Source: an uncultured Oscillospiraceae bacterium
Lineage (GTDB): Bacteria > Bacillota > Clostridia > Oscillospirales > Oscillospiraceae
Assembly (NCBI GenBank): GCA_910584395.1
Contig: CAJUAS010000001.1
Location: 116,887-180,886, forward strand
DNA: 64,000 nucleotides
Direction: 5' to 3'
A program made the position numbers and the translations under genes. Below the pieces are notes generated by a model. It worked only from the letters and a program-made list of their open reading frames with translations. It did no database searches and was not told the DNA's origin. This document shows positions 24,001 through 36,000 of this stretch, piece after piece; the stretch's first letter is position 1, and the number at the start of each line of letters is the position of its first letter.

Positions 24001-27000
24001 CACGGTATACGTCCCGTCGCCGTTGTCGGTGACATCGGTCTGATCGGTCAGCACCGCGGGCGTCAGCGTGCCGCGCTCGTCCGCGGCCTTCGCCCCGGTG
24101 AGGTCGGCGGTGGCAAAGGTGTGGAAGCGCAGGGTCACCACATCGGTGTTCATGCTCTTGACCCGCAGGGCCGTCCAGTCTGCGCCGATGTCGTCAAACT
24201 TGTCGGTGCGGACGTTAAAGCCCCAGTCCTCCCGGATGAACATCTCGGTGAGATCCACCGTGACGAACTGCATGGGCTGGATGTTGATGCGCTGCTGGGC
24301 GAAGGGCAGGCTGGCGTCAATGTCGTTGTACCACTTCATGGGATTCTCCACGGAAGTGACGCTTGTGCCGGTGACGTTGCCGTCCTTGTCGGTGATCTGG
24401 GTGGTCTTGGTCAGCCGGGAGTGGCTGAACAGGGTGGACTGCTCCATCTCCACCCTGTGGATGGGATAGTCCTCGTAATCGTTGTCCGTGCCGGGGATCT
24501 GATAGGTTTTGAGGGTGGCGTTGTCCACCTGAAGGTCGTAGAAGTCCTCCTTGCCCACCTGAACGGGCGTGGGAGAAGCGGGATCGGCGTAGTTGCCCAT
24601 CTGCTGGTTGGCGTCGTTGCCCCAAGCCCAGACAGAGCCCTCCACCTGAACGCCCACGGAGGTGCGCTCGCTGAGAGAGAGCATATAGGGACGGTTCCAA
24701 TAACCGTTGTACGCCACCTTGGCCACAGGCTCAGTGAGGCTGAGGACGTTACGGCTGTTACCGCGCAGCGGGCGGGTACCGGTGAGAGTGGCGATCTCGC
24801 CGGCCACACCGGAAGCGGCGGCAGCGTTATCCACGGAGGCATAGGTATTGCCCACGTTGGTATAGGTGTTGTTGCCCCAGAGGAAGGGGAAGTTGTTGTC
24901 GGGAACAACGGTGGTGTAGTCGTTGTCGCCGTCGTAGATCACGCCGGAGGTGTTGCCGCCCGCGTAGATGCGCAGAACTTGGGTATCCCGGCCGGTGGAG
25001 GCGTCCACGCCGGAGTGGACGTGATGGACGGCGGTGACATAGCCGGGGGTCTTGCCCACGCCGGCAGAGGTCGTGCCGTTACGGCCCAGCTGGCCGTACT
25101 GGTTGCGACCCCAGCTGATGAGGTCGTGCGCCTGATGGGTGGTGGCCGTGCCGGGGATAACGTTGGTGTTGGCCATCTGGCCCACGCCGGCGCAGGGCAC
25201 GGTCGCGCCCGCCGCCGCGCCGTCGCTGGCGTCAGGCACGGTGTGGGTATCCTTGACGATCCCCCCGTCGATGTCGGCGGCATTCAAGATCGCGCCGCAG
25301 ACGGGGCAGTAATACACGGTCACGTCGGGTGTGGTGGCGTCCACCACCGTATCGCTCACCAGCGCCAGAGCATGGGTATGACCCGCCGCCAGCGTGAGCA
25401 CACGCTCCAGCTGGCCGTGGGTGTTGGTCGTGCCGGTGTGGTTGGTCTTTATCGCGCCGTTGCCGATGGGATAGGGGTTATACTCCTTGACGGTGAAGGC
25501 CTCGCCGTCGCGGCCCGCACCCAGATACTCGTTATACTCCTTCATGGCCGCGCTGCCGCCGTTGTCCATGGCGGCGGAGCTGGTCTCGTTATTGCCCTGA
25601 CCCACCACATAGACCTTGCCCTCTTGATTGAGGAGGTAGAGGGCATGGTAGGCGGCCTTCATCTCCACGATATTGGTGAGGTAGAAGTTGTGCTCGAAGC
25701 CCACAGAGCCGGCCACCTCGCCGGTGTGGCTGGGCGACATACCCGCCCGGAGCTTCACGGGGGTATCCAAGCTGCTGCGCATGGTGGTAAAGCCCGTCTT
25801 ACGCAGCTCGGTAAGGAAGTTCGCGCCCCAGACATACACCTCGCCGGTGATGCCGTCCAGCGCGGCATAGAAGCCGTAGCCCGCAGCCACCTGCGTGATG
25901 CCGGAGAGGTAAGAGGTCGCGTTGCCCTCGCTGTCCTTGGTAAGGGCAACACGGGTGGTGGTGTCGCCGGAGACGGAATAGACCGTACCGTCCTGCGTCG
26001 CCACCAGACCGACGCTGTACCCGGCGGCCACATGGATACCGTTGGTAATGCTGCCCGCCCGTACAGGCGCGCTGCTGCTGTTGCCCCAAGTCCAAACCGT
26101 ACCGTTGGACTTCAAGGCGATGGAGTAGTTGTATCCGCTGGCCACCATGGGCACGGCGGTGGCGGCCTGAAGGCCGGCAAAGGCCGCAGGCTCACCCTCC
26201 TGGGAGGCCCGGACAGACTGAGACACCTCGGTCACACGCACCATAACTGTGGTGCGGTAGCCCGTGGCGGTGTTGAAGATCATAATGTTGGCCGTGCCCA
26301 CCCCTGTGGTGGTGATCCGGATGCCGTCGGCCTCCACGGCCACCACAGCCACGCTGGGATCGCTGGTGTCCACCACCATGCTGTCCACGCTGGTCATATC
26401 CAGCGGCTCACGGAAGGCGGAGAAGCGGGTAGACCACGGGAAGTAGTAGTCCTGATACAGCTCATCGAAGGGAATCAGCGCGGTGTTGTTCAGGGTGACG
26501 GGGATCAGGTCGTCATCGAAGCCCAGACCGCCCATATCGCTGCGCTCCATCATGGCCTCGGTGCGGCTGTCCGGCTGGACGGCGTACTGGAGGGAGATGA
26601 CGTTGGACTTCTTGGTGTAGACGCCCGCGTCATCCTTCGTGGCCCAGACATAGAGCTTGCTCTCGTCGTTGCCAAAGCGGTTGGGGGTGTTGCTGTCCGC
26701 ACGGATCAGCGTGTCGCCCGTGTCATAGTCGAACTTGCCCCAGTTATAGTCGCCGGAGATATACAGCTTGCCGTCCTGACGCATAATGACCATAAAGTCC
26801 TCGCCCGCGTCAAACTCGGCGGCAAAGCGGAAGGGATCGGCGTCGTCGATGGCAGGAATGCCGCTGACCGCAGTCTGGTCGTTGTCGCCGCGCAGCACCA
26901 TTACGGGGGTCTTCTGCGCCGCAGTCTGGGTCGTGCCGTCGCCCAACTGCGCGTTGCCCAACTGGCCGAAGTTGTTGCGACCCCAAGCGTACAGCACATT

Positions 27001-30000
27001 CTCCGTGGCCAAGGCCATGGCGTTGTTCTGCCCGGCGTTGATGAGCCGTGCCTTCAAGGGGGTATCCGCATCCAGCATGACCTGAACGGGCACAGGGGAC
27101 TGCTGGGTCAGCGCGTTGCCCTTGCGGTTGGTCGTGACGCCCAACTGGCCCTGACGGTTGTCACCGAAGGTGTACACCCCGCCGTCGCGGGTCATAATGA
27201 CGCTGAAGTTATCGCCGGCGGCGATGCGGGTGGCGTTGCGGAGGAAGTAGGCGTCCTCATCGCTCTCGCCGGAGCGCACCAGCACGGGGATGGACTGGAT
27301 GTCGTTGCTGGGCACATGAGGCGTAGAGGCGGTGATGTCCTTGCCCTCGCGCCCCCAGTTGTTGCCCACTTCGCCCTGAACGTTGTCGCCCCAAGCGTAC
27401 ACCAAAGAGTCGGTGCGAAGGGCCAGCGCGTGGTCATGGCCGGCGGCCACCCGGGCCACATGCTGCAGCGTGCCGATATCCTGCATACCGGTGACCAGAG
27501 CAGGCTTGGTCTCCAAAACGGGGTGGGCGGAGGAGAACTTTTGCGTGCCGTACCAGTGGTGTGCGGCGTGATTGTAGCTGCCGGCGCAATAGGTTCGCGC
27601 GCCGTGGGTCACCGCGCCGCCGCTGCTGTTGGTATTCAGGTCACTGTCATAGACATAGGGAATGTAGAGGTTGTGGCCGTAGTATTGGCCGTTGTGGCCG
27701 CGCCGCCACTGGTAGCTCCACGCGCCCACATAGCCGCGGCCCAGCTGCCCGCGGTCGTTGAGACCCCAAGAGTAGACCTTTCCGGAGTTGGAGGAGGCCA
27801 GCGCGAAGCCGTCACCCATAGCCACGGAGAGAATGACCTCGCCGCCGTTGGCCGGGCCGATGTTTTGGACACGGGTAGCCTTGGAGCTGCCCACGCCCAA
27901 ACGGTCGGTGCTTCGCTGAACGTAGCTGTAGTACTCGCCGGTGCCGTCCGTTCCGTAGAGCTTGAAGCTGTTCCAGTCGCCGTTGCCCAACTGGCCGTAG
28001 TCGTTGTTGCCCCAAGTGTAGACGTTGCCCTTGTTGGTCAGGGCGATGAAGGACTGGACGGAATCCGCGCCGCGGTCGGCGGCGGTGTCCCACTTGTTGC
28101 CGGTCAGGGGGCTCGCGCCGTAGGCGTCGATGTCCACGATGTACTCGTCGGCATCCAGATTTTCAAATTCCACCTGAACGGGGTACTCATAGGTCACATA
28201 GTAGACGGGATTCAGCACCACGCCAGTGCCCTGAACGCGGCTATTGCTGTTGGCGTAGCTGGAGTTGTTGCCACCCTCAAAGTAGCTGTTCTCCCAAGTG
28301 ATGCCGACGTTGTTTTGGTAGGCGTTCGCCGTGCCGTCCTCATTGACAAAGTTCTGGCGCAGGCCAATGCGACCCCACATCCAAACCGTACCGTTGGCGT
28401 GGAGGGCAATGGCGGCGTTTTCGGCGGCCTTGACGGTGACGGAGGCCACAGGCAGGCCGCTGCCCACGCTCTCGGTGGGCAGAACGATGACCTCATAGTC
28501 GCCGCGGTAGTTGTCGTGGACGTTGTTGACGGTGATGATCAAACGGCCGTAAGCCTCGGTGGTGGGCTGGAGGTAATACTGGCCCTTCTGGGCGTCATAG
28601 TCGAAGTAGGCGATGGTCTCGTCGCTGGAGCGGTAGGTCACCACCGCGTCGTCGGGCAGATGGCGCTCAAATTCGTTTTCAATGAGGTTGAACTGGCTGT
28701 TAAAGACCTCCCAGAGGTCGTCTTCGTTGATGTAAAGCCGCTGATTCTCATAAATGGTGATGGAGCGCGGCATCCGCAGCTTCTCAGTGGTCACCTGAGG
28801 CGGCCAGTTATAGCCGTTGCCGGTCCGGATGGGCCAGACGGCGTTGGTCAGGTCGGCCTCGTTGTAGACCTTGGCGTCGCCAATGGCCAGAGAGTAGTAT
28901 GTGCCGGCGCCAGTCTGCGTCAGCGCCTGACGCTCCACGGCGGTAAAGTCCGCGCCCTCGCGGTGGCTGTTCGTGCCGGAGAACCAGACCGTGCCGTCCT
29001 CCTGAACGGTCTGGAAGGTGGTGTTGCCCTTGCTGACCAGCAGGGTCTCGCGGACATACTTGGCCAGCTCTTCGCCGCCCACAAGCTCCACCTTGGACAC
29101 CGTGCCGCCCTTGAGCATGGGCCGGGGCAGGGTGGTGTCCGCAGGAACGATGATGGTCTCTGTACCGATCTTTTCGCCCAGACCCAACTGGCCTTGGGTA
29201 TTACGCCCCCAAGAGTAGACCAGAGAATCCACATATTCAAAGGTCTGCTGGGCGGGGTGGTCGGGATAGTGGCCCTGACCGGGATTACGGTCGCTGTCGG
29301 CGGCATCCACCGGGTGATCCTTGTCCACCACGGTCAGGGTGTCCGCCACCACAGCCGTGGCGTAGTCCGTGGCCGCGGAGATCTGGCGCACCCGCTCCAA
29401 AGGCGTAGCGGTGCGAACGACAGAGGGGGTGGTCGAACCGGGGGTAATGACGGTCACGCCGTCGTCGGCCAGCACCGGCGGGATGGTGGTGGTGACGGTT
29501 TTGTCCTCCAGCAGATCCACGCGAGTGGGCTGATAGGTAAAGGCCTGCTGCTCCTCGGTCTTGCCCAGACCCAGCTTGCCGTGCTCGTTCGAGCCCCATG
29601 TATACACCCGGGTGGTGGGGGTAAAGAGGCCGTTTTCGTCGGCCTTGGGCACGACCTTGCCGTCCGCGCCGATCTCTTCCCCGTGGAGGCCCGCCACGAT
29701 GGCCATGGCGTGGTCGCGGCCGGCGGAGATGGCGGTCACGTTCTTGAAGTAGTAGTCGTCGGGGCTTTGATCGTTGGCAAAGCCCACCTCGGAGGGCACA
29801 GTGACGTTGCCGCTGGAGACAATGCCCAGCTGGCCCTTTTCGTTGCCGCCCCACGCGAAGACCACGCCGTCCGCCCGGAGGGCCATGGAGTAGTTGCCGC
29901 CGGCGGAGATCTGGATAATACGGCTCAAATAGGCGTCGTCGCTGGCGGAAACGCCCTGAACCACCTTGACCGGGGTGTAGCGCACCTGATCGTGGTAGGT

Positions 30001-33000
30001 ACGCACGTCCCGAATGGTAATCTGCTTGTCGCTGTAGATGTTTCCGGTGTCGCCCTGACCGAGCTGGCCGTTGGAGTTGTCGCCAAAGGCCCAGACGTTG
30101 CCGTGGTCGTCCAAAAGCAGAGTATGACGATCACCGGCAGCGACATCCACGATCTTTACCTTGTCGGCGTCCGCATAATTGGCGAGCCAAGGCAGAGAGA
30201 TGGGGCCGTTGTCGGGGTCGTAGTTGTCGGGATAGATGCCGCCGTCGGTCTTGTTGGCGTGGCCCAGATCGTCGCGGTAGTAAGCGTCCCACTGGGTGCG
30301 GGCCATCAGATGCTCGTTGAGGTTCTGGAAGCTGGAGAGAACGTCGGTGGCGTAATCCGAGTTGCTCTTGGTCTGGGTGAAGGGTGCGCCGGTGTAGCCC
30401 TTCAGCACCTTGCGGTTCACGTCCTTCGTAATGGGCATATTCTCGCCCGCATCGTCGCCCGAGCCCTCGGTAATATCCCGTACGATGGTCTTGTAGTAGG
30501 CGTCCTCCGCCTCATAGAAGCCGGTCTGGCCGTAGGTGTTGTCGCCCCAAGTGTAGACGTTGCCGGACTCGTCCAGTGCCACCACATGGTGCGGACCAGC
30601 GGCGATGCGGACGATCAGCGCGCCGCCGGGAATGAGCATATGCTGCGGGGTATCATAGGTCACATTGCGGCTCGCCAACACCGGCGCGCCGGTGTTGGGC
30701 TTCACAATGGAGGAGGTATAGCCCTTGGTGGTGAATGTACCCCAGATGTAAACCTCGCCGTTGGCCTTCAACGCCACAGTCCCCTGCTCCGTGCCGATGA
30801 CCATGGGGGTGGTGACCCGGTCGCGGGTCGTGCCATTGGCGTCGGTGTAGTTGCCGCGGATGTTCACACGGAACACAGCGATCACGTTGCCGTTGGCATC
30901 CACGGCGGAGACGGAGGTAGAACCGATCTTCTGGAAGCTGGAGTAAGTGGCGGGGGCGTTTTGGATGACCCAAGTGCCGTCGTCCAGCGGACGCACCCGC
31001 ACCATGCTCTCGTCGGTGGCAAGGAAGGTATAGCCGGGATAGGCCGTGGCCAGATTGATCTCCTCGGTCTCCACGCCGGAGGTAATGAGGTTAAAGCCGC
31101 CGTAACGATAGCGGGTAGCGGCGGTGGTATTGATGGTGGCGTATTCGTTGGCGTTCAGGCTCCAGCCCAAGGTCAGCTCGTTAAAGCTGCTGACGCCGCC
31201 GTCCTTGATGTTCGCGCCGGTAAAGCTGAACTCCACCATGACCGCCTGATGCTCGCCCGCGAAATAGGGCACATCGCGGACGTCTTCGCTGGCGCTGCCG
31301 TTCTCCGCGCCACCGATGGCGGCAAGACCCAACTGGCCCTTCCCGTTGTCGCCCCACGTCATCACGCGGCCGTTTTCCATCATTACCGCGGAGAAGTTGC
31401 CGCCGGCAGTAATGATGGAGACCTCGTCCAGCCGCGTGGCGGTCGCCTTGGTCCGCACCCATTCGCCGGCCGCAACGGTGACATAGCCGTTTGCATCCGC
31501 CGCGCCGCTGGAGAGCTGCTTCAAATCGTTGCTGCCGAAAGCGATGAGCTTGACCTCGCCCATCTCATCCACCGTGCGGATCAGGGTATGCGCGCCGCCG
31601 GCGGCCACGGCGGTCGCGCCGCTGACGCCGGGCACTTTGCGGGCATAAGCGGCCACCGCTGCGTCAACAGCGCCAAGCTGGCCCTTGGAATTGTCGCCCC
31701 AAGCAAACACAGCGGGCTCGCGGACATAGCCGCCCATACCTGCGTTGGCCGTTTCATCCCAATCGCTCTCCATGGCAACAGCCACCACATGGTGACGGCC
31801 TGCAGAGACCATATATACGCCGGAGAGGACGCGGAACTGCGCGTTATGATCCACGGAATACTCGCCGGAGTTGACCTGTACGGGGGTGGCGGAGTAGTTG
31901 GCGATGGCCACATTCCCCTCGGTGTCGGTGACAGGGGTGGTGGCGACCAGCTCGCTGCCCAGTTGGCCGAAGCTGTTGTCGCCCCATGTATACACGCTGC
32001 CGTTGCCCAGCAGGGCCACAGAGAAGGCCTCGCCCGCCTCCATGTCCACCACGTGGTCCAGCGTGTCGCGGCCCTTAAAGCCCTTGACCTTTACGGCCGT
32101 GCCGATCTGCTGGGTGTTGTCCTGCCCCAGCTCGCCATGGTCGTTGGCGCCGGCGGTGTAAAGCTCGCCGCCGGCCGTCAGCGCCAGCATATGATCCGCG
32201 CCCGCCGCCACGTCTACAATATCCGTGATCGGCTCGCCGTTTTCGTCGGTGAGGAGCTTCACCTCGGGGGTGGGCACATCCTCGCCGCCGTCATAGGGGG
32301 CGATCCAAGTGTGACCGCTTTGGCAGCGCCAGATCCGGTAGCTCTCTTCCTTCTCGGGCAACTCCCGCCACTGGGCGGGGACGTCATACTGCGCCCAGAC
32401 GTCGGCCGCATCCTCGTAGATAAGCATGAAATGATCCTGACCCACGCGCTCGCAGGCGTCATTGCCGCAGACCACGGGGGTGATGGTGTCGGCGGGGTTA
32501 TAGCCCTGAAGCTCGCAGCGCTTGCCGTCCTCATCCTTATAGGAGCAGTTCAACTCGCCGGTAAAGTAGTCTACCGTGCGGGTCGTCCAGTTCATAACGC
32601 TGGCAACATTCACCGTATCGCCGCTGTCCTCGGGGATCATCAGATAAGACCAGTTAGAGTTGACCTTTTCGATCTCCTCCTTGGAGGGCAGGTCGATCTG
32701 GAGCTGACGCTCCCATGCCGCGAACTGATCACTGACCCAGTAGCGCTTCCCAGTCCACTTCTCTGGTTCGCCGTTGGTGGGCCAGATCCGGTCATAGACC
32801 ACCGTCTCCTCGACTGGGCTTCCGCCCGGGCCGGGCACCATGTAGGAGACCTCATACCCCTTGGGGTTGCCCTTCTCATCACTGTGGGGACGCAGCTGGC
32901 TCAGCTTGGTGCGGTCGGTAATGTCGGTCACGCCGATATACTCGACCCCTGCGTTCTCCACCACGCGGGTCATGAACTCGCTGGTGTGGGGATTGTGGGG

Positions 33001-36000
33001 GTTGGGGCAGTTTTTGGGGATATCGACCCAGATACCGCAGTCGTCACCCTCTTGGTTCACATACTTGTAGTAGGCCAGATAGTAGACCGTCCAGCCCTTG
33101 CTCTCGGCGTACTTCACCGCGTCCTCGCTGTAATCCATGGCGGTAAACTGCTGGCCGGGACGCACGCCGAAGCGGATGTCCGCCTCGGTATTTTCAGGCA
33201 CGCGGTTGTTGTCGTTTCGGAACTCAATGGCGCGGGTCAGGTTGCCCACGTCGTTCCAGCCATCAGCCTCATGGTCGGCCACCTGCTCATAGGTGAAGGG
33301 CTGATAGACGCCGTCGGCTTGGAACATCTTCATAAACTTCGGGCCGTTGAGACGCTCCACCTGAGCCAGCTCTTCCTCGCTGGGCACATGGATCAGGTTG
33401 GTGGTAATGGAGCTTAACCCGCCCACCACATAGACCTCCCGGTCGTTGGTGGTGCTCAGGTCGCCGTCCACGTCCTTGAGGACGATGCTGAAGTTGTCGC
33501 CCGCGGCCACAGACACCACGTTGGTGAAGGGATTGCCGTCGGCGTCCTTCACCTCCACGGGATAGGCGCGGTCAACGAACGTGCCGTCGCCCAGCTGGCC
33601 CTGTGCGTTGTCGCCCCAAGCCCAGACGCTGCCGTCCGCTTTCAATGCAATGATATGGTTCTTGCCCGCCACCAGCATGGGGGAGGTGGCGAAGCCGTCG
33701 TCCTTTTCGGGCACGACCTTCACCCGAAGCAGAAGGGTGCGGCCGGTGGTTGTCTCATAGATCTGGATGAAGGTGTCGCCGTACTTGACGTTGGCCGGGT
33801 CCCGCGGGCCAAAGGTCACGGTCGTGCCGTCGTTGCTCAGCTCCATGGTGATACTCTCGTCCAGAGAGGTGAACTCCCACTGGGCGTTCTTAATGTCCTC
33901 CACAGGCTTGTGGCTCAGGAGGTTGAAGCCGTAGTCCACCAAATAGGCCATCTTGGTCAGGTCGAACTTGGCCTCCTCCGCGCCCACCAGCGTGATCTGG
34001 GGGGTGAGGTCGTGGGGCGTGGTGTTGTGATCCGTGCCCCATGCCACCAGACTCTCATAGCTCAGGCGGCCCACCACAACGGGGTACTCGGAATTAACAT
34101 CAGTATAGTCGCCCAACTGGCCCAGCGCGTTTGAGCCGGCGGCAAACACCGTGCCGGTATCGCGAGCAAAGACGATGAAGTCGCCGCCCACGGCGGTCAC
34201 CATCACCTTTTGCATCCAGTGGTAATTATCGTCGATGACCTGGAGTTCGTGTGCAATCTCACGGGCCACAGTATTGTCGTAGTCAACAGGAGAACCGCTG
34301 GGGATCGGGCCGCGGGTCACGTTGTAGTTGCCCAACTGGCCAACACTGTTGTCGCCAAAGGCCAGAAGCTGAATGGGGTCAAAGCCGCTGCCGTTGCCCT
34401 TGACCGTCTGGTTCTCCACTTGTGCCAGCGTCGCAGCATAGCCTGCGCTCAGCTGGCGCGCACCGGCGGTCAGCGCCTCGCCGGCTGCGTTTTTCATCAC
34501 CATGGGCGTACTGAACGCCTGCGTGGTGTCGCTATTCAAACCGATCCCAAGCTGTTCTTTTTCGTTGTTGCCCCAGCCGTAGAGACCCGGGGTCACAACA
34601 AAGTCCTTGCCGCTCTGGTCGGGAGTTGTCATTGTGATGTTCAGGGCGATGGCGACAGTGTGGTTCGCACCCATGGCGATGGCCACGCCCTTGTTGAAGT
34701 TATAGTCGTTCTTATCATTGGGGTTCATGCCGGGGTTGCCGGTAAAGCTGTTTTCATTCCATGTGTTGCCCTGTCCGGCCTGAACCTTCACGGCGGAGTA
34801 GCGGTTGCGGTCGGAGCTGTCGCCCAGCTGGCCGTAGCTGTTGTCGCCGAAGGTAAAGAATGTACCGTTGGAGAAGAGCACGCCGCCGGTCTTGCCGCCC
34901 GCAGCAATGCTGACAGCCTCCTGCATATGGTTGGTCTGGCTGGGCGAACGGCCCTTGCTCACCCACTTGGCATAGCCACTGGTGGTAACGCCGCGGTCGT
35001 TGACGCCCATTTGTCCATTGCTGTTGTCGCCCCACGAGTACACGAAGCCGCTCATGGACAGGGCCATGCCGTAGCTCTCGCCGGCGGCGATGGCAATGAT
35101 ACGGTCGCGCTCCACATAGGTGTCGGTGACATAGCCGCCAAGGACGGAATCGTGATAACGGTATTCCTTGGTGACCTTTTCTTCGCCCAGCGTGCTGATG
35201 CGGCTCACGCGCATACGCACCCGCACAGGCTGATAGCCCTGATAGGCGCTGTCCGCGCCGCGGCCGAGCTGGTTGAGCTTGGTGATGCCGGTGCTGTCGT
35301 AATTGTTGCCCCAAGCCCAGACATAACCGTCAATGTCCAGCGCATAAGTAAAGTCCTTGCCGGCGGCGACCGCAGAGAAGGTCAGCGGCCCGCCGTCCAG
35401 CGCCAACTGCGCGTCGGTGTTGTCCGGACGCACAGCGCTGTACTGATAGAAGTTGGTGACCTGAACGGGGTGATCCACATAGGCGACCTTTTCCGGATCA
35501 AGGCCCAACTGGCCCTTGGAGTTGTCGCCCCACACCCACACGCGGCCGGAGGAATCCAAGGCCACGGCATGCTTCGCGCCCGCGGCCACCATGGGGGACG
35601 CGGACACGGACGCATTATGGTCATCGGCCGGTTCTGCCGGATCATAGGTTTGGCGGTGGCGCGCCCAAACGGGCAGCACCATCATATTGCTGGTCTGGGG
35701 ATCGCCCTCCACGCCCTTGGAGAACTCGTAGTCGATGTAAACGCTGGTCAGGCCCAGCTTCCCGGTGTTGCGCACCTTCACCTTGGTGCCGCCGGCGTTC
35801 TCAGCGGCAAAGATGGAGGGATCGGTGACCCCCACATCCACCAGATTGAGCTTGTCGGCAATGGAGGTGTTCTCGCCGTCGGAGAGGAGGTTAAAGCCGG
35901 TGCGGTGGCTGTACAGGATATCAGCCATATCCAGCAGCAGGTAATCCCCCTCATCCATCATCACGATGTTGGGGTTCTCCTCGCCCACCGGGCGCAGTTG

